Shown: positions 47,190-57,460, numbered from the stretch's first letter. The stretch is 64,000 nt of DNA from an uncultured Eubacteriales bacterium (GCA_949525845.1 CATEPI010000006.1:33917-97916), one strand, 5' to 3'. Notes: generated by a model not told the origin, from the sequence alone. Program-made: numbers and translations.

Positions 47190-48389
47190 CTATCTCACCA
47201 GCAGCTTTTTCATGCCCTCCTCCAGACCGTCCACGGTGAGGGGGAACATGGGCAGCTCCCGGGCGATGGCATCGTAGGTCTGGCACCAGTACTCCCCCCA
47301 GTCGGGCCGGCGGCTGGGGTTGAGCCAGACGGTGTGCCGGAAACGGCCCTTCAGCAGCCGCAGCCAGTCCATGCCGCACTGCGGACCCCCCGCCCGTTCG
47401 CTCCGGCCGTAGTAACCCCCCATCAGCTCATAGGGGGCCATCTGGGCGTCCCCCACCAGAATCAGCTTGTAGTCCCCGGGGAGGTTGGACAACACCCAGT
47501 CGGTGGGCACGCTGTCCCGGGACATAAGGGTGGGGGCGTTGTACAGCCGCCCATAGGGGCAGTTGTGGAAATAGTAGACCTTCAGGTCCTTAAAATGCCC
47601 CGACTTGCTCACCGCCTGAAACAGGGCGGAGCACAGCTGGGCGTAGTAGTCCATGGAGCCACCGGAATCCATCAGAAGGAGCACCTTCACCGTGTTTTCA
47701 CGGGGGCGCTTGTAGCGCACCTTGAGCACGCCCCCGTTGTCCGCCGTGTCCCGGATGGTGCTGTCCACGTCAAACTCAGTAGGGGGGAGGTCCACCAGAC
47801 CGGAGAACTGGCGCAGGTGGCGCAGGGCCACCTGAAACTGCCGGGTATCCAAAGTGTTGTCCCGGCGGAAGTCCCGGAATTTCCGCTCCCCCGCCACCCG
47901 GAAGGCCCGGCGGTACATGGACCGTCCACCCACCCGAATGCCCACCGGGGAGAGGCCCGCGTTGCCAAAGGTGGACATGCCGTGGGTGCCCACCCAGTAA
48001 TTGCCCCCGTTGTGCTCCTCGTTCTGCTCCAGCATCCGCTCCTTGAGCATCTGCTCGATCTCCTCCTCGGAGAACCCTAGGTTTTTCAAGGCCTGGATTT
48101 CATCCCAGTTGGCGTAGTCGGATAATACATCTGGTTTATTCAGCCAGTCTAATAACTCCTTGGATACTTCCTGCTGGAAGGGGACGTCCTTGAAATACTC
48201 CAGAAAGGTGCGGTCGAAGGCGTCGAAGTCGGCCTCGCTCTTCACCAGCAGACACCGGGCCAGATGGTAGAAGCCGGTAAAGCTGGCGTTGTGGAGATTT
48301 TTGTGGAGCCCCTCCATCAGAGCCATCCACTCGGTGAGGGACACCTTTAAGCCGTTTCGCCGCAGCAGATATAACAGGTCTTCAAACAT
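47190..48389 (-). CDS. VWA/CoxE-like domain protein
   Basis: MIDAS-like LLMDSGGSM, YYFHNC, ILVGDAQMAPYEL, VWLNP. Confidence 0.85.
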   Translation of the reverse strand: MFEDLLYLLRRNGLKVSLTEWMALMEGLHKNLHNASFTGFYHLARCLLVKSEADFDAFDRTFLEYFKDVPFQQEVSKELLDWLNKPDVLSDYANWDEIQALKNLGFSEEEIEQMLKERMLEQNEEHNGGNYWVGTHGMSTFGNAGLSPVGIRVGGRSMYRRAFRVAGERKFRDFRRDNTLDTRQFQVALRHLRQFSGLVDLPPTEFDVDSTIRDTADNGGVLKVRYKRPRENTVKVLLLMDSGGSMDYYAQLCSALFQAVSKSGHFKDLKVYYFHNCPYGRLYNAPTLMSRDSVPTDWVLSNLPGDYKLILVGDAQMAPYELMGGYYGRSERAGGPQCGMDWLRLLKGRFRHTVWLNPSRRPDWGEYWCQTYDAIARELPMFPLTVDGLEEGMKKLLVR

Positions 48390-48423
48390 GGCTTTGCCCT
48401 CCCATTCGCTTCAGAATCGTCAT

Positions 48424-48495
48424 GCAGGGCAAGGGCTCTGCCCTTGCATGATGCTGGCTGTCTCGAAAAAGGCAAGGGCAGAGTCCTTGCCCTAC
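48424..48495. repeat. GTAG-type REP doublet
   Basis: gggcaagggctctgcccttgc / ggcaagggcagagtccttgccctac; same family as 6708 and 61183. Confidence 0.8.
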
Positions 48496-48612
48496 ATATT
48501 GTAGCGTCTTTTAAGAAAAAAGGCAAGCCTATTCTTGCCTGCGGGAGTGTCTTAGCGCGTACTTTATCACAATCAGGAGAAAAGTTGCAAATGTGACACA
48601 CCTTGGCAAACA

Positions 48613-48760
48613 ACGGAATCCCCCGCCACCGGACTGCGTCCGGCGGCCCTCCCCCCTTTAGCAAGGGGGGCTTTTGGCGCTGGCTGGTCCGTTTCCGCTC
48701 CAAAGGCCCCCTTGCTAAAGGGGGCTGGCATTTGCGTAGCAAATGACTGGGGGATTCCGT
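48613..48760. repeat. REP-like two-hairpin doublet
   Basis: Same two units as 2503-2633 but arranged tail-to-tail. Confidence 0.8.
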
Positions 48761-48949
48761 CTCTCCCTGTCCGACAAGTCACGCCTCTGCATAAAATCTG
48801 CGAAAAGTACACATCCCCCTTCCTGCCAAGTTTCATTATTTTTTTGACAAGTATACTTGACAACACAGCCCCCACCGTGCTATGATACCCTCAACGGAGG
48901 AGGTCACGGCCGGACCTGCGCCGGAATCATTTGAAAAGAGGTCTTTCAC

Positions 48950-49264
48950 TTGGAAAAGGACAAAATTCTGGAAAAAAGCCGTATGGAAAACAAAAATCAG
49001 GACGAGATGGAGCGGACCATTACCATCGAGGGGGAGTCCTTCAGCCTGGCTTTTACATTAATGGCGGGGCTGGCTATTGTAGTCTTTAATCACTTCCACA
49101 ATCTGTCTTCCGACAGTGTCATGATTATGTTCTGGACCTCCTGCGTCAGCAACCGCCTGTACCGCCTTACGAAGCGGAGAAGCACCTCCGACCTGATTAC
49201 CATGATAATTTCCCTTGTCATTCTGGTGTTTTATGTGGTAAAATACTTCTCACAGGGATGGTGA
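48950..49264 (+). CDS. DUF6442-like small membrane protein
   Basis: MEKDKILEKSRMENKNQDEME N-terminus, three TM helices; upstream of an XRE gene. Confidence 0.7.
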   Translation: MEKDKILEKSRMENKNQDEMERTITIEGESFSLAFTLMAGLAIVVFNHFHNLSSDSVMIMFWTSCVSNRLYRLTKRRSTSDLITMIISLVILVFYVVKYFSQGW

Positions 49265-49268
49265 GGGC

Positions 49269-49478
49269 ATGGACGACCAGTTGGTCCTGAAAAATCGGTT
49301 AAAGGTGGCCCGGGCGGAGCGGTCCCTGTCCCAGGGGGAGCTGGCCAGGCTGGTTGGCGTCTCCCGCCAGACCATCAGCTCCATCGAAACGGGCCAGTTC
49401 AACCCCACCGCCAAGCTGGCCCTGGTGCTGTGCGTCGCCCTGGATAAGAAGTTTGAGGAATTATTCTATTTCGACTGA
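49269..49478 (+). CDS. XRE-family HTH regulator
   Basis: LKNRLKVARAERSLSQGELARLVGVSRQTISSIETGQFNP. Confidence 0.92.
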   Translation: MDDQLVLKNRLKVARAERSLSQGELARLVGVSRQTISSIETGQFNPTAKLALVLCVALDKKFEELFYFD

Positions 49479-49492
49479 GAGGAGGCCCGCCT

Positions 49493-49678
49493 GTGGAGCC
49501 TTTTGCCATTGGACTGTTCGCCGTGGCAGTAATCGGCATTCCCATCGCCATACTGCTGTTTAACGACTACGGCAAGAAGCGGGGGTGCGGCCGGGGCTGC
49601 GCCACCTGCAGAAACCGGGATATCTGCTACCGGAAGAAGAAAAATACCCAACAAGGAGGTGCAAAGCATGGGGACTGA
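49493..49678 (+). CDS. FeoB-associated Cys-rich membrane protein-like
   Basis: TM helix followed by GCGRGCATC..C. Confidence 0.65.
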   Translation: MEPFAIGLFAVAVIGIPIAILLFNDYGKKRGCGRGCATCRNRDICYRKKKNTQQGGAKHGD

Positions 49679-49817
49679 AAAAGAACGCAAGGACACTCAA
49701 AAAGCCGTTCTCTATGACCTGCGGCGGCTGTTGAAAAACAGCGGCAAAGACACCTATTCTGTGGACGAGCTCTGTAATTTGCTGGACACCATAGCCGACG
49801 CGAAGGATCAGGAGTAA
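49668..49817 (+). CDS. 49-aa hypothetical protein (not in ORF track)
   Basis: MGTEKERKDTQKAVLYDLRRLLKNSGKDTYSVDELCNLLDTIADAKDQE; RBS AGGAGGT. Confidence 0.7.
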   Translation: MGTEKERKDTQKAVLYDLRRLLKNSGKDTYSVDELCNLLDTIADAKDQE

Positions 49818-49856
49818 CACAACAGCCCGGAACCAAATTGGTTCCGGGCTTAACAT

Positions 49857-50240
49857 TTACTCGTCCTCTTTGGGCTCCTCAATTTTGGCGTCGGGGGCGT
49901 TCTTGCCCACGGAGGCGATGCCGTTGAGACAGCTGTCCTTCCGTTTGTAGCCCTCGCTCTTGCCAATGTTCTCACCGTTCTTGGCCTTCAGGCGGAAACG
50001 GAACTCACCGGCCTTGTCCTTGTAGACCTCAAACTTGGGGTGGGTCAGCTTCTCAAAGCCCTCCACCGTCTGGTCCTCCACGTGGGCCAGGGCGTTCTTC
50101 TGCACCGAGGCGATGCCCCCCTGGCAGCCGGACATGCTGGTGTAGCTCTCGGAGGCGGTGAGGATTACCTCGCCGTTGCCCGCCTTCAGGTTAAAGGTAA
50201 ATTCGCCGCCTTTGGTCTTGGTGATCACAAATTTTCCCAT
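49857..50240 (-). CDS. yegP: YegP (DUF1508) family protein
   Basis: Two repeats of F.F.LKA.NGE.I..SE.Y......GI.SV.KNA. Confidence 0.92.
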   Translation of the reverse strand: MGKFVITKTKGGEFTFNLKAGNGEVILTASESYTSMSGCQGGIASVQKNALAHVEDQTVEGFEKLTHPKFEVYKDKAGEFRFRLKAKNGENIGKSEGYKRKDSCLNGIASVGKNAPDAKIEEPKEDE

Positions 50241-50290
50241 TGTATGTGCCTTCTTTCTCTTTATTTTGAGGTCCGGGTGACCTTGTTCAC

Positions 50291-50728
50291 CTATTTAAAT
50301 TTCTGGCTCTCCGCCACCGCCAGCTGGTCGCAGCGGTTGTTGAACTCGTTTTCAGCGTGGCCCTTCACCCAGTGGAGGTTTACCGTGTGCTTTTCGCACA
50401 GGTCCAGCAGACGGCCCCACAGGTCGGGGTTGAGGGCGGGCTTTTTGTCCGACTTCACCCATCCCCGGGCCCGCCAGCCCTTGGCCCAGCCCTTGCCCAG
50501 GCCGTCGATGACATATTTGCTGTCAGAGTACAGCTCAACAGTGCAGGGCTCTTTCAGCGCCTCCAGGGCAGCAATCACCCCGGTGAGCTCCATCCGGTTG
50601 TTGGTGGTCTGGGCCTCGCCCCCGGACAGCTCCTTTTTGTGTTCGCCGTACATCAGGATGGCCCCCCAGCCTCCGGGTCCGGGATTGCCGGAGCAGGCTC
50701 CGTCGGTGTAGATGGTGACAATTTTCAT
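50291..50728 (-). CDS. rnhA: Ribonuclease HI
   Basis: [43 protein letters not shown]. Confidence 0.96.
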   Translation of the reverse strand: MKIVTIYTDGACSGNPGPGGWGAILMYGEHKKELSGGEAQTTNNRMELTGVIAALEALKEPCTVELYSDSKYVIDGLGKGWAKGWRARGWVKSDKKPALNPDLWGRLLDLCEKHTVNLHWVKGHAENEFNNRCDQLAVAESQKFK

Positions 50729-50744
50729 AAATTCCCCAAACCCT

Positions 50745-50914
50745 CCCGCGCAAAATCGACGTCCGGTAATAAAGGTAAGCGTCCTGAAGACATAAACGTA
50801 CCGGTGTAATGATAACGGACCTGATAAAAAGCTGGGATTCGAACCCAAGCAAGGTCCCATTGCCGCCATAAAGTCGCCTGATGGCTCCGGCGCGGAGCTG
50901 ACGTCCGCTTTTTA
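50745..50914 (-). ncRNA. Candidate tRNA-like structured RNA between the DIP1984 gene and rnhA
   Basis: TAAAAAG (50914-50908) pairs with CTTTTTA (50831-50825) directly after the T-arm TTGGG-TTCGAAT-CCCAG; three internal hairpins; 3' tail with a CCGGTA/TACCGG stem. Confidence 0.6.
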
Positions 50915-50928
50915 CGCAACCAAAGATT

Positions 50929-51384
50929 TTACATCAGCTCGGTGGTCCAGTTCTTCTCCTGGATGGTTTCCTCCAGCTCCCGCAGGTCCTTGGACAGGCT
51001 GTCCACCTGCTTTTGCAGCTTCCGGACGTCCACGGTGCTCTTTACCTTAATCTCGCTGACAGAGTGGCGGCGGACTAGGGCGCTGGCGCTGTTCAGGAAC
51101 CCGCGCAGGATGGACAATTTGCCCTTGAGACAGTCCCGCTTGGCCAACAGGTCGGACAGGGTGGTCCCGTCCCCCGCCCGGGTGGAATTATTGGTGCGGT
51201 TGATGGCGGAGATCAGCTCCTCCAGCCGGGCATAGTCCGCGTCCAGCTCTTTCAGCAGCTCCATGGGGTCCTCGGCGGGCCGTTCCCCCTCCTGAACCTG
51301 GGCATTGTTGTCCAGCCGGTCCTCCAGCTGGCGGATGCGGGTCTGGAGCTCAGACCGCTGGGACAGGGCGTTGGCCAATTTCAT
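50929..51384 (-). CDS. DIP1984-family coiled-coil protein (often misnamed septicolysin)
   Basis: MKLANAL..RSELQTRI.QL..RL..NAQVQEGE.PAEDP..LL, INRTN, SEIK, IQEKNWTTEL. Confidence 0.88.
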   Translation of the reverse strand: MKLANALSQRSELQTRIRQLEDRLDNNAQVQEGERPAEDPMELLKELDADYARLEELISAINRTNNSTRAGDGTTLSDLLAKRDCLKGKLSILRGFLNSASALVRRHSVSEIKVKSTVDVRKLQKQVDSLSKDLRELEETIQEKNWTTELM

Positions 51385-51418
51385 AAATCACAGCTCCCCC
51401 TAAATTTTAATATTCGGA

Positions 51419-51793
51419 TCAAGGAAATCTTTTAATCAGAGACATGATTCCTTTTTGCAGAAGTGTCAATAGCCAAAGGAATAGTCCAACACCGGATGCC
51501 ACAGCTATTGCTCCCACTCGCTGTTGTTTCCAGGCAAATCCATGGTACGTCATATTACAAACATCCCAGTACCGCTTATATATTTCCTCAAACCGTTCCA
51601 TGTCCTCTTTATTTGCTTTTTGGCTTATCATCAAAGTACTTAAATTCTGATACTCCTTTTCCACCTGTACCTGGTATGACCTCATAGCCAACCAGATGCC
51701 CCCAAATATTAGGAACACAACCAGTAATAACATACCGACCTTCCTAAATGTCAGCGGTCCAGCCAGGCTCAAGCGTATTTTATCAGAGCCCAT
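51419..51793 (-). CDS. Hypothetical membrane protein (low GC)
   Basis: Two TM helices, 124 aa. Confidence 0.6.
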   Translation of the reverse strand: MGSDKIRLSLAGPLTFRKVGMLLLVVFLIFGGIWLAMRSYQVQVEKEYQNLSTLMISQKANKEDMERFEEIYKRYWDVCNMTYHGFAWKQQRVGAIAVASGVGLFLWLLTLLQKGIMSLIKRFP

Positions 51794-52265
51794 TCAAAAT
51801 CTCCTGCCGCTTCTCCCAATACTCCTTTTCGTCCATCATCCCGGCGGCCCTCAGGCTCTCCAGCAGGGCCAGCTGGCGCTGGACCTCCGGGGCGAGCCCT
51901 CTGTCCCGGGGGCGGGCCCTGACATACCGCTTTATAAAGGCCTGATAGACGTCCAGTGCGGTAAATATGCCGGCCAAGAGGGTCCATATGACTCCGAAAG
52001 GGGCAGTGGCGGGAACGATCACAGCCAGCCCAAACAGGACAAAAACTCCGCCCCACACTGCGCCCACCACCCCCTGCGTCCTGCTGGGAAGATGGGCGTC
52101 GTTTCCCCCGGCCCGCTTCCGCAGCCAGCTCATGGTCCACTCATAGACCTTATTGAGGGCGGCGAATTCCAGACACAGTCCGATCAGGGACAGCACCACA
52201 TACAGCATCACATCTGTATTGCCGCCGGGGTCAACCATGGACTCCCACATTGGCACAAAATACAT
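51783..52265 (-). CDS. Membrane protein with a C-terminal SHOCT domain
   Basis: LESLRAAGMMDEKEYWEKRQEIL; three TM helices; exact start uncertain. Confidence 0.7.
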   Translation of the reverse strand: MYFVPMWESMVDPGGNTDVMLYVVLSLIGLCLEFAALNKVYEWTMSWLRKRAGGNDAHLPSRTQGVVGAVWGGVFVLFGLAVIVPATAPFGVIWTLLAGIFTALDVYQAFIKRYVRARPRDRGLAPEVQRQLALLESLRAAGMMDEKEYWEKRQEILNGL

Positions 52266-52268
52266 AGA

Positions 52269-54794
52269 TTACTCCTCTGATTTCTCCTCATCAGGCAAAG
52301 ACTCGGGCTCGACGGTCTCGGCGCTCTCCTCCCGGTCGGCCAGGGCCAGGGAAATCACCTTGTCCCCCTCCTCCTTAAAGCGCATCACGATGACGCCCTG
52401 GGTGGCCCGGCCGGCCATGCGGATGGCGTCCACATGGGTGCGGATGAGGATGCCCGCCTGGGTGACCACCAGCAGGTCCTCGCTGCCGTCCACCACCTTG
52501 ACCCCCACAATGGGGCCGGTCTTTTCAGTGACCATATAGTTTTTGATGCCCAGGCCGCCCCGGTTGGTGATGCGGTACTCCTCCACAGGCGTCCGCTTGC
52601 CGAAGCCCTTCTCGGTGATGGACAGCACCGTCTTGCCCTCGATGGCCCGGGCGGCGCCCACCACATAGTCCCCCTCCCGCAGGCGGATGCCCCGGACGCC
52701 CATGGCGTCCCGGCCCATGGAGCGCACATCGTTCTCGTCGAAGCACACCGCCATGCCGTCGTGGGTGGCAATGAGGATCTTTTTGTTTCCGTCCGTCTCC
52801 CGCACGCAGACCAGCTCGTCCCCCTCGTCCAGCCGCAGAGCCCGGATGCCGTTGTTCCGCAGGTTTTTCAGGGCCTGAACGGGCAGGCGCTTCACCGTAC
52901 CCTGGCGGGTGACCATGAACAGATATAACTCCTCCTCGCCGGCCTCCCGGTAGTGGAGCATGGTCTGCACCCGCTCCCCCTGCTCCACTTGCAGAATGTT
53001 GATAATATTGGTGCCCTTGGCGGTCTTGCCGCTCTCTGGGATCTGATAGCCCTTCTTCCGGTAGACCTTTCCGGTGTCGGTGAAGAACAGAATATAGTCA
53101 TGGGTGGAGGCGGTGAACACGTCCACCACATAGTCCTCCTCCCGGGTGGTGATGCCCTTCTTGCCCATGCCGCCCTTGGACTGAGCGGCGTACTCGCTCA
53201 CCGGGGTGCGCTTGATATAGCCCGCCTGGGTGAGGGTGAAGACGCACTGTTCCTCCTCAATGAGGTCCTCAATGTCGATCTCGTCCTCCACGTCCTGAAT
53301 CTCGGTGACCCGGTCGTCGCCGTACTTGTCCCGGATGGCGGTGAGCTCGTCCTTGAGGACCCCCCGCAGCATCTCCTCGGAGGCCAACAGCTGGTTGAAG
53401 TAGGCGATGCGCTCCTCCAGCTCCTTGTACTCCGCCTCCAGCTTCTCCCGGTTCAGACCCTGGAGGGAGATCAGCCGCATGTCGCAGATGGCCTGGGCCT
53501 GGACGTCGTCCAACTCAAACCGCTCCATCAGCCGCTCCTTGCCGTTGTCGTAGCTGGTACGGAGAATATGGATAACCTCGTCGATGTGGTCCTGGGCGAT
53601 AAGCAGTCCCTCCAGCAGGTGGGCCCGCTCCTGGGCCTTGCGCAGGTCGTATTTGGTGCGGCGGATGATGACCTGCTCCTGATAGGCGATATACTCATCC
53701 AGGATATGCCGCAGGGACAGAATCCGGGGCTGGAGCTTGCCATTCACCTCCACCAGGGCCAGCATGTTGATGGCGAAGGTGGTCTGGAGCTGGGTCTGGG
53801 CAAAGAGGCGGTTGAGCACCACCTGGGGGTTGGCGTCCCGCTTCAGCTCGATGACGATGCGCATGCCGTTGCGGTCGGTCTCGTCCCGGATGTCGGAGAT
53901 GCCCTCCAGCCGTTTGTCCTCCACCTGGTCGGCCATGTTTTTAATCAGCATCCGCTTGTTCACCTGGTAGGGAATCTCGGTGATGACAATGCGGGTGCGG
54001 TCCTTGCCGAACTCCTCAAACTCGTGCCGCGCCCGGATGGTCACCCGGCCCCGGCCGGTGGCGTAGGCGGCGCGGATGCCCGACCGGCCCATAATGATGG
54101 CCCGGGTGGGGAAGTCGGGGCCGTGGATGTGCTCCATCAGGTCGGCCAGGGTGGCCTCGGGGTCGTCCAGCACGCAGATGGCGGCATTGATTACCTCCCG
54201 CATGTTGTGGGGAGGGATGTTAGTGGCCATGCCCACGGCGATGCCGCTGGAGCCGTTCACCAGCAGGTTGGGGAAACGGGAGGGCAGGGTCCGGGGCTCC
54301 TTCCTCGTCTCGTCGAAGTTGGGTTCCCAGTCCACCGTGTCCTTCTCGATGTCCCGGAGCATCTCGTCGGAGAGCTTGGACATGCGGGCCTCGGTGTAAC
54401 GGTAGGCCGCCGGGGGGTCGCCATCCACGCTGCCGAAGTTGCCGTGACCGTCCACCAGCATGTACCGCATGGAGAAGTCCTGGGCCAGGCGGACCAGGGC
54501 GTCGTAGACGCTTTGGTCGCCGTGGGGGTGGTAGCGGCCCAGCACGTCGCCCACGCAGGTGGCCGACTTCTTGAAGGGCTTATCCGCCGTGAGATTGTCC
54601 TCATACATGGCGTAGAGGATACGCCGGTGGACGGGCTTCAGGCCGTCCCGCACGTCGGGCAGGGCCCGGCCCACGATGACCGACATGGCGTATTCAATGT
54701 AGGAGTTCTCCATCTCCGGCACCAGGGAAGATGTGATAATCTTCTGGTCCGGGTAGCGGATCTCCTCGGGATCGTATTGGGGTTTTTTAGACAT
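52269..54794 (-). CDS. gyrA: DNA gyrase subunit A
   Basis: [22 protein letters not shown] catalytic Tyr, GyrA-box-like QSKGGMG. Confidence 0.97.
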   Translation of the reverse strand: MSKKPQYDPEEIRYPDQKIITSSLVPEMENSYIEYAMSVIVGRALPDVRDGLKPVHRRILYAMYEDNLTADKPFKKSATCVGDVLGRYHPHGDQSVYDALVRLAQDFSMRYMLVDGHGNFGSVDGDPPAAYRYTEARMSKLSDEMLRDIEKDTVDWEPNFDETRKEPRTLPSRFPNLLVNGSSGIAVGMATNIPPHNMREVINAAICVLDDPEATLADLMEHIHGPDFPTRAIIMGRSGIRAAYATGRGRVTIRARHEFEEFGKDRTRIVITEIPYQVNKRMLIKNMADQVEDKRLEGISDIRDETDRNGMRIVIELKRDANPQVVLNRLFAQTQLQTTFAINMLALVEVNGKLQPRILSLRHILDEYIAYQEQVIIRRTKYDLRKAQERAHLLEGLLIAQDHIDEVIHILRTSYDNGKERLMERFELDDVQAQAICDMRLISLQGLNREKLEAEYKELEERIAYFNQLLASEEMLRGVLKDELTAIRDKYGDDRVTEIQDVEDEIDIEDLIEEEQCVFTLTQAGYIKRTPVSEYAAQSKGGMGKKGITTREEDYVVDVFTASTHDYILFFTDTGKVYRKKGYQIPESGKTAKGTNIINILQVEQGERVQTMLHYREAGEEELYLFMVTRQGTVKRLPVQALKNLRNNGIRALRLDEGDELVCVRETDGNKKILIATHDGMAVCFDENDVRSMGRDAMGVRGIRLREGDYVVGAARAIEGKTVLSITEKGFGKRTPVEEYRITNRGGLGIKNYMVTEKTGPIVGVKVVDGSEDLLVVTQAGILIRTHVDAIRMAGRATQGVIVMRFKEEGDKVISLALADREESAETVEPESLPDEEKSEE

Positions 54795-54854
54795 TTATTG
54801 TGTTCCTCCTTGTTAGAGGTGGGTGATATGGGAAAAGTAGCAGATTTGCTCCAA

Positions 54855-54970
54855 AAGGCTCCCTCTAAGAGGGAGCTGTCACCGCCGTAGGCGGTGACTG
54901 AGGGAGTCTTTTCGTTGGCGTACTCCCTCCGTCACGGCTTCGCCGTGCCACCTCCCTCTGAGAGGGAGGC
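54855..54970. repeat. REP-like two-hairpin doublet
   Basis: ggctccctct..gagggagctgtc.ccg..ggcggtgactgagggag / ctccctccgtca..gccacctccctct..gagggaggc; near copy at 57895-58009. Confidence 0.85.
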
Positions 54971-54990
54971 TTTTTGCGCTTTCCTGTCAG

Positions 54991-55464
54991 CTACCAGGTC
55001 ATTTTCAGCCAGTCCATACCGGGGTAGGGCTCCAAGGTGTGGGCGTACCACTCCACGCATTTTGCCGCAAGTTCCCGGTCCCGCATGGTGATTTTCATGC
55101 CAATCTCAGATTGCCCATCGCTGCACTCAATGGGAGATATCTCGTCAGAGTTCAGATATTCCGGATTGAAGCAGGCCCAGGCAATACACTCCTCTTCTCT
55201 GCTGATTTGCAGAAAAATCAATCCATCGCCGCCAGCACTCTCCAGCTGGAAAAACCCCTCCTCGATTTCTCCATCCTCGTTAGGGGTCAGATACAGGCTT
55301 TCATAGCGTCCATTGCGCACTTTCTCCACAATATCCCGCACACCCGCCTCTGACAGGTCTTTGATTTCCGTGTCCTCGCCAGAGTTGAACTCTTTATTGG
55401 CATACTGGATTCGGATTTCTGAGGGCATTGCGGGAACCACGCTTTTTTTAATAATTTCTTCCAT
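54991..55464 (-). CDS. Hypothetical acidic protein (Imm1-like) between gyrB and gyrA
   Basis: 157 aa, low GC, ends AKCVEWYAHTLEPYPGMDW; RBS AAGGGAG. Confidence 0.65.
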   Translation of the reverse strand: MEEIIKKSVVPAMPSEIRIQYANKEFNSGEDTEIKDLSEAGVRDIVEKVRNGRYESLYLTPNEDGEIEEGFFQLESAGGDGLIFLQISREEECIAWACFNPEYLNSDEISPIECSDGQSEIGMKITMRDRELAAKCVEWYAHTLEPYPGMDWLKMTW

Positions 55465-55475
55465 AGCAATCTCCC

Positions 55476-57431
55476 TTAGTAGTCCAGATTCACCGCATAT
55501 TTGGCGTTGCGCTCGATGAACTCCTTCCGGGGCTCCACCTTCTCGCCCATCAGGATGGTAAAGGTCTCGTCGGCCCGGACGGCGTCGTCCAGCTCGATGC
55601 GGCGCAGGGTGCGCTTCTCCGGGTCCATGGTGGTGTCCCACAGTTCCTGGGGGTTCATCTCGCCCAGGCCCTTAAAGCGGTTAATCTCCACCTTGGCGTT
55701 GGGGTTATCCCCCCGCAGCTCGGCGGAAATGGCGTCCCGCTCCTCCTCAGAGAAGGCCAGACGGGTGGTTTTGCCCCTTGTCAGCTTGAACAGGGGGGGG
55801 ACGGCGGAGTAGACATAGCCGTTTTCAATCAGCGGACGCATGAAGCGGAAGAAGAAGGTGAGCAGCAGGGTACGGATGTGGGCGCCGTCCACGTCGGCGT
55901 CGGCCATGATAATCACTTTATGATACCGCAGTCGGTTCAGGTCGAAGTCCTCCCCGATGCCCGCCCCCAGGGCGGTGATGACGGGGGTGAGCTTGTCATT
56001 GCCATAGACCTTATCCGCCCGGGCCTTCTCTACGTTGAGCATCTTGCCCCACAGGGGGAGGATAGCCTGAAAGCGGCTGTCCCGGCCCTGGGTGGCGGAG
56101 CCGCCGGCGGAGTCGCCCTCGACGATATAAATTTCGGTGAGCTCCGGGTTGGCCTCGTTGCAGTCCCGCAGCTTGTCGGGCATGGCCGCGCCGCCTAAGG
56201 CGGTCTTCCGGCGGATGGATTCCCTGGCCTTCCGGGCGGCCTCCCGGGCCCGGTTGGCCATCAGGGCCTTGTCCAGGATGGCCCGGCCCACGGCGGGGTT
56301 CTCCTCCAGGTAAATCTCCAGCTTCTCGGACACGATGGCGTTGACCAGGGTGCGCATCTCGCTGTTGCCCAGCTTGGCCTTGGTCTGACCCTCGAACTGA
56401 GCCTCGGTAAGCTTCACTGAAATGACCACGGTAAGGCCCTCCCGGCAGTCCTCGCCGGACACCTTCTCGTCGTCCTTGAGCATTTTGATTTTCCGGCCGT
56501 AGGCGTTGAGGGCGTTGGTCAGCGCCCGGCGGAAGCCCTCCTCGTGCATACCGCCCTCGGGGGTGTGGACGTTGTTGGCGAAGGAGACCATAACCTCCTG
56601 GTAGCCGTCGTTGTACTGCATGGCCACCTCGGCCATGGAGTCCTCCCGGGCCCCGGACATATAGATCACCTCATTGTGCAGGGGATCCTTGTTCCTGTTG
56701 ATGAAGGTGACAAATTCCCGGATGCCGCCCTCATAACACATGTCGTCCTCCTGCTCCTGGCCGGGGCGCAGGTCCACCGTCTGGATCCGCAGGCCGGCGT
56801 TGAGGAAGGCCTCCTCCCGCATACGGGTATGGAGGGTGTCGTAGCTGTACTCCAGGGTCTCGAACATCTCCGGGTCGGGCTTAAAGGTGACAGTGGTGCC
56901 GGTGTGGTCGGTCTTACCCACCACCTTCATCTCCTGGGTGATCTTGCCCCGGGCAAACTTCATCTCATAGATTTCCCCGTTCTTGTGGACCTGTACCTCC
57001 AGCCACTCGGACAGGGCGTTGACAACAGACGCGCCTACCCCGTGGAGGCCGCCGGATACCTTATACCCGCCGCCGCCGAACTTGCCGCCGGCGTGGAGGA
57101 TGGTAAATACTACCTCCAGAGCGGGTTTACCGGTCTGGGGCTGAATGTCAACCGGGATACCCCGGCCATTGTCGGTGACAGTGACGGTGTTGCCCGGGTT
57201 GATGGTGACGGTGATATCGGTGCAGTGGCCGGCCAGGGCCTCGTCGATGGAGTTGTCCACAATTTCATACACCAGGTGGTGCAGGCCCGACTCCGAGGTG
57301 GAGCCGATATACATGCCCGGCCGCTTGCGCACCGCCTCCAGGCCCTCCAGGACCTGGATCTCCGACCCGCCGTACTCGTGGTCGGTCTGAGTGGTGTTCA
57401 GTTCGTTCAGTTGATTCAGTTCTTCTGACAT
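55476..57431 (-). CDS. gyrB: DNA gyrase subunit B
   Basis: [52 protein letters not shown]. Confidence 0.97.
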   Translation of the reverse strand: MSEELNQLNELNTTQTDHEYGGSEIQVLEGLEAVRKRPGMYIGSTSESGLHHLVYEIVDNSIDEALAGHCTDITVTINPGNTVTVTDNGRGIPVDIQPQTGKPALEVVFTILHAGGKFGGGGYKVSGGLHGVGASVVNALSEWLEVQVHKNGEIYEMKFARGKITQEMKVVGKTDHTGTTVTFKPDPEMFETLEYSYDTLHTRMREEAFLNAGLRIQTVDLRPGQEQEDDMCYEGGIREFVTFINRNKDPLHNEVIYMSGAREDSMAEVAMQYNDGYQEVMVSFANNVHTPEGGMHEEGFRRALTNALNAYGRKIKMLKDDEKVSGEDCREGLTVVISVKLTEAQFEGQTKAKLGNSEMRTLVNAIVSEKLEIYLEENPAVGRAILDKALMANRAREAARKARESIRRKTALGGAAMPDKLRDCNEANPELTEIYIVEGDSAGGSATQGRDSRFQAILPLWGKMLNVEKARADKVYGNDKLTPVITALGAGIGEDFDLNRLRYHKVIIMADADVDGAHIRTLLLTFFFRFMRPLIENGYVYSAVPPLFKLTRGKTTRLAFSEEERDAISAELRGDNPNAKVEINRFKGLGEMNPQELWDTTMDPEKRTLRRIELDDAVRADETFTILMGEKVEPRKEFIERNAKYAVNLDY

Positions 57432-57460
57432 AGTTACCTCCGCGATGGTGAAATTCTTAA

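Noticed and set aside
50824-50914. Canonical tRNA gene (T-loop GGTTCGAATCC)
   Set aside because: No U8, no GG-containing D-loop, no 5-bp/7-nt anticodon arm in the normal position, no CCA, and an A/U-rich acceptor stem. Reported as a tRNA-like RNA instead.
57395-57425. ELNQLNELN repeat at the GyrB N-terminus
   Set aside because: Short low-complexity extension before the conserved domain; no functional signal.
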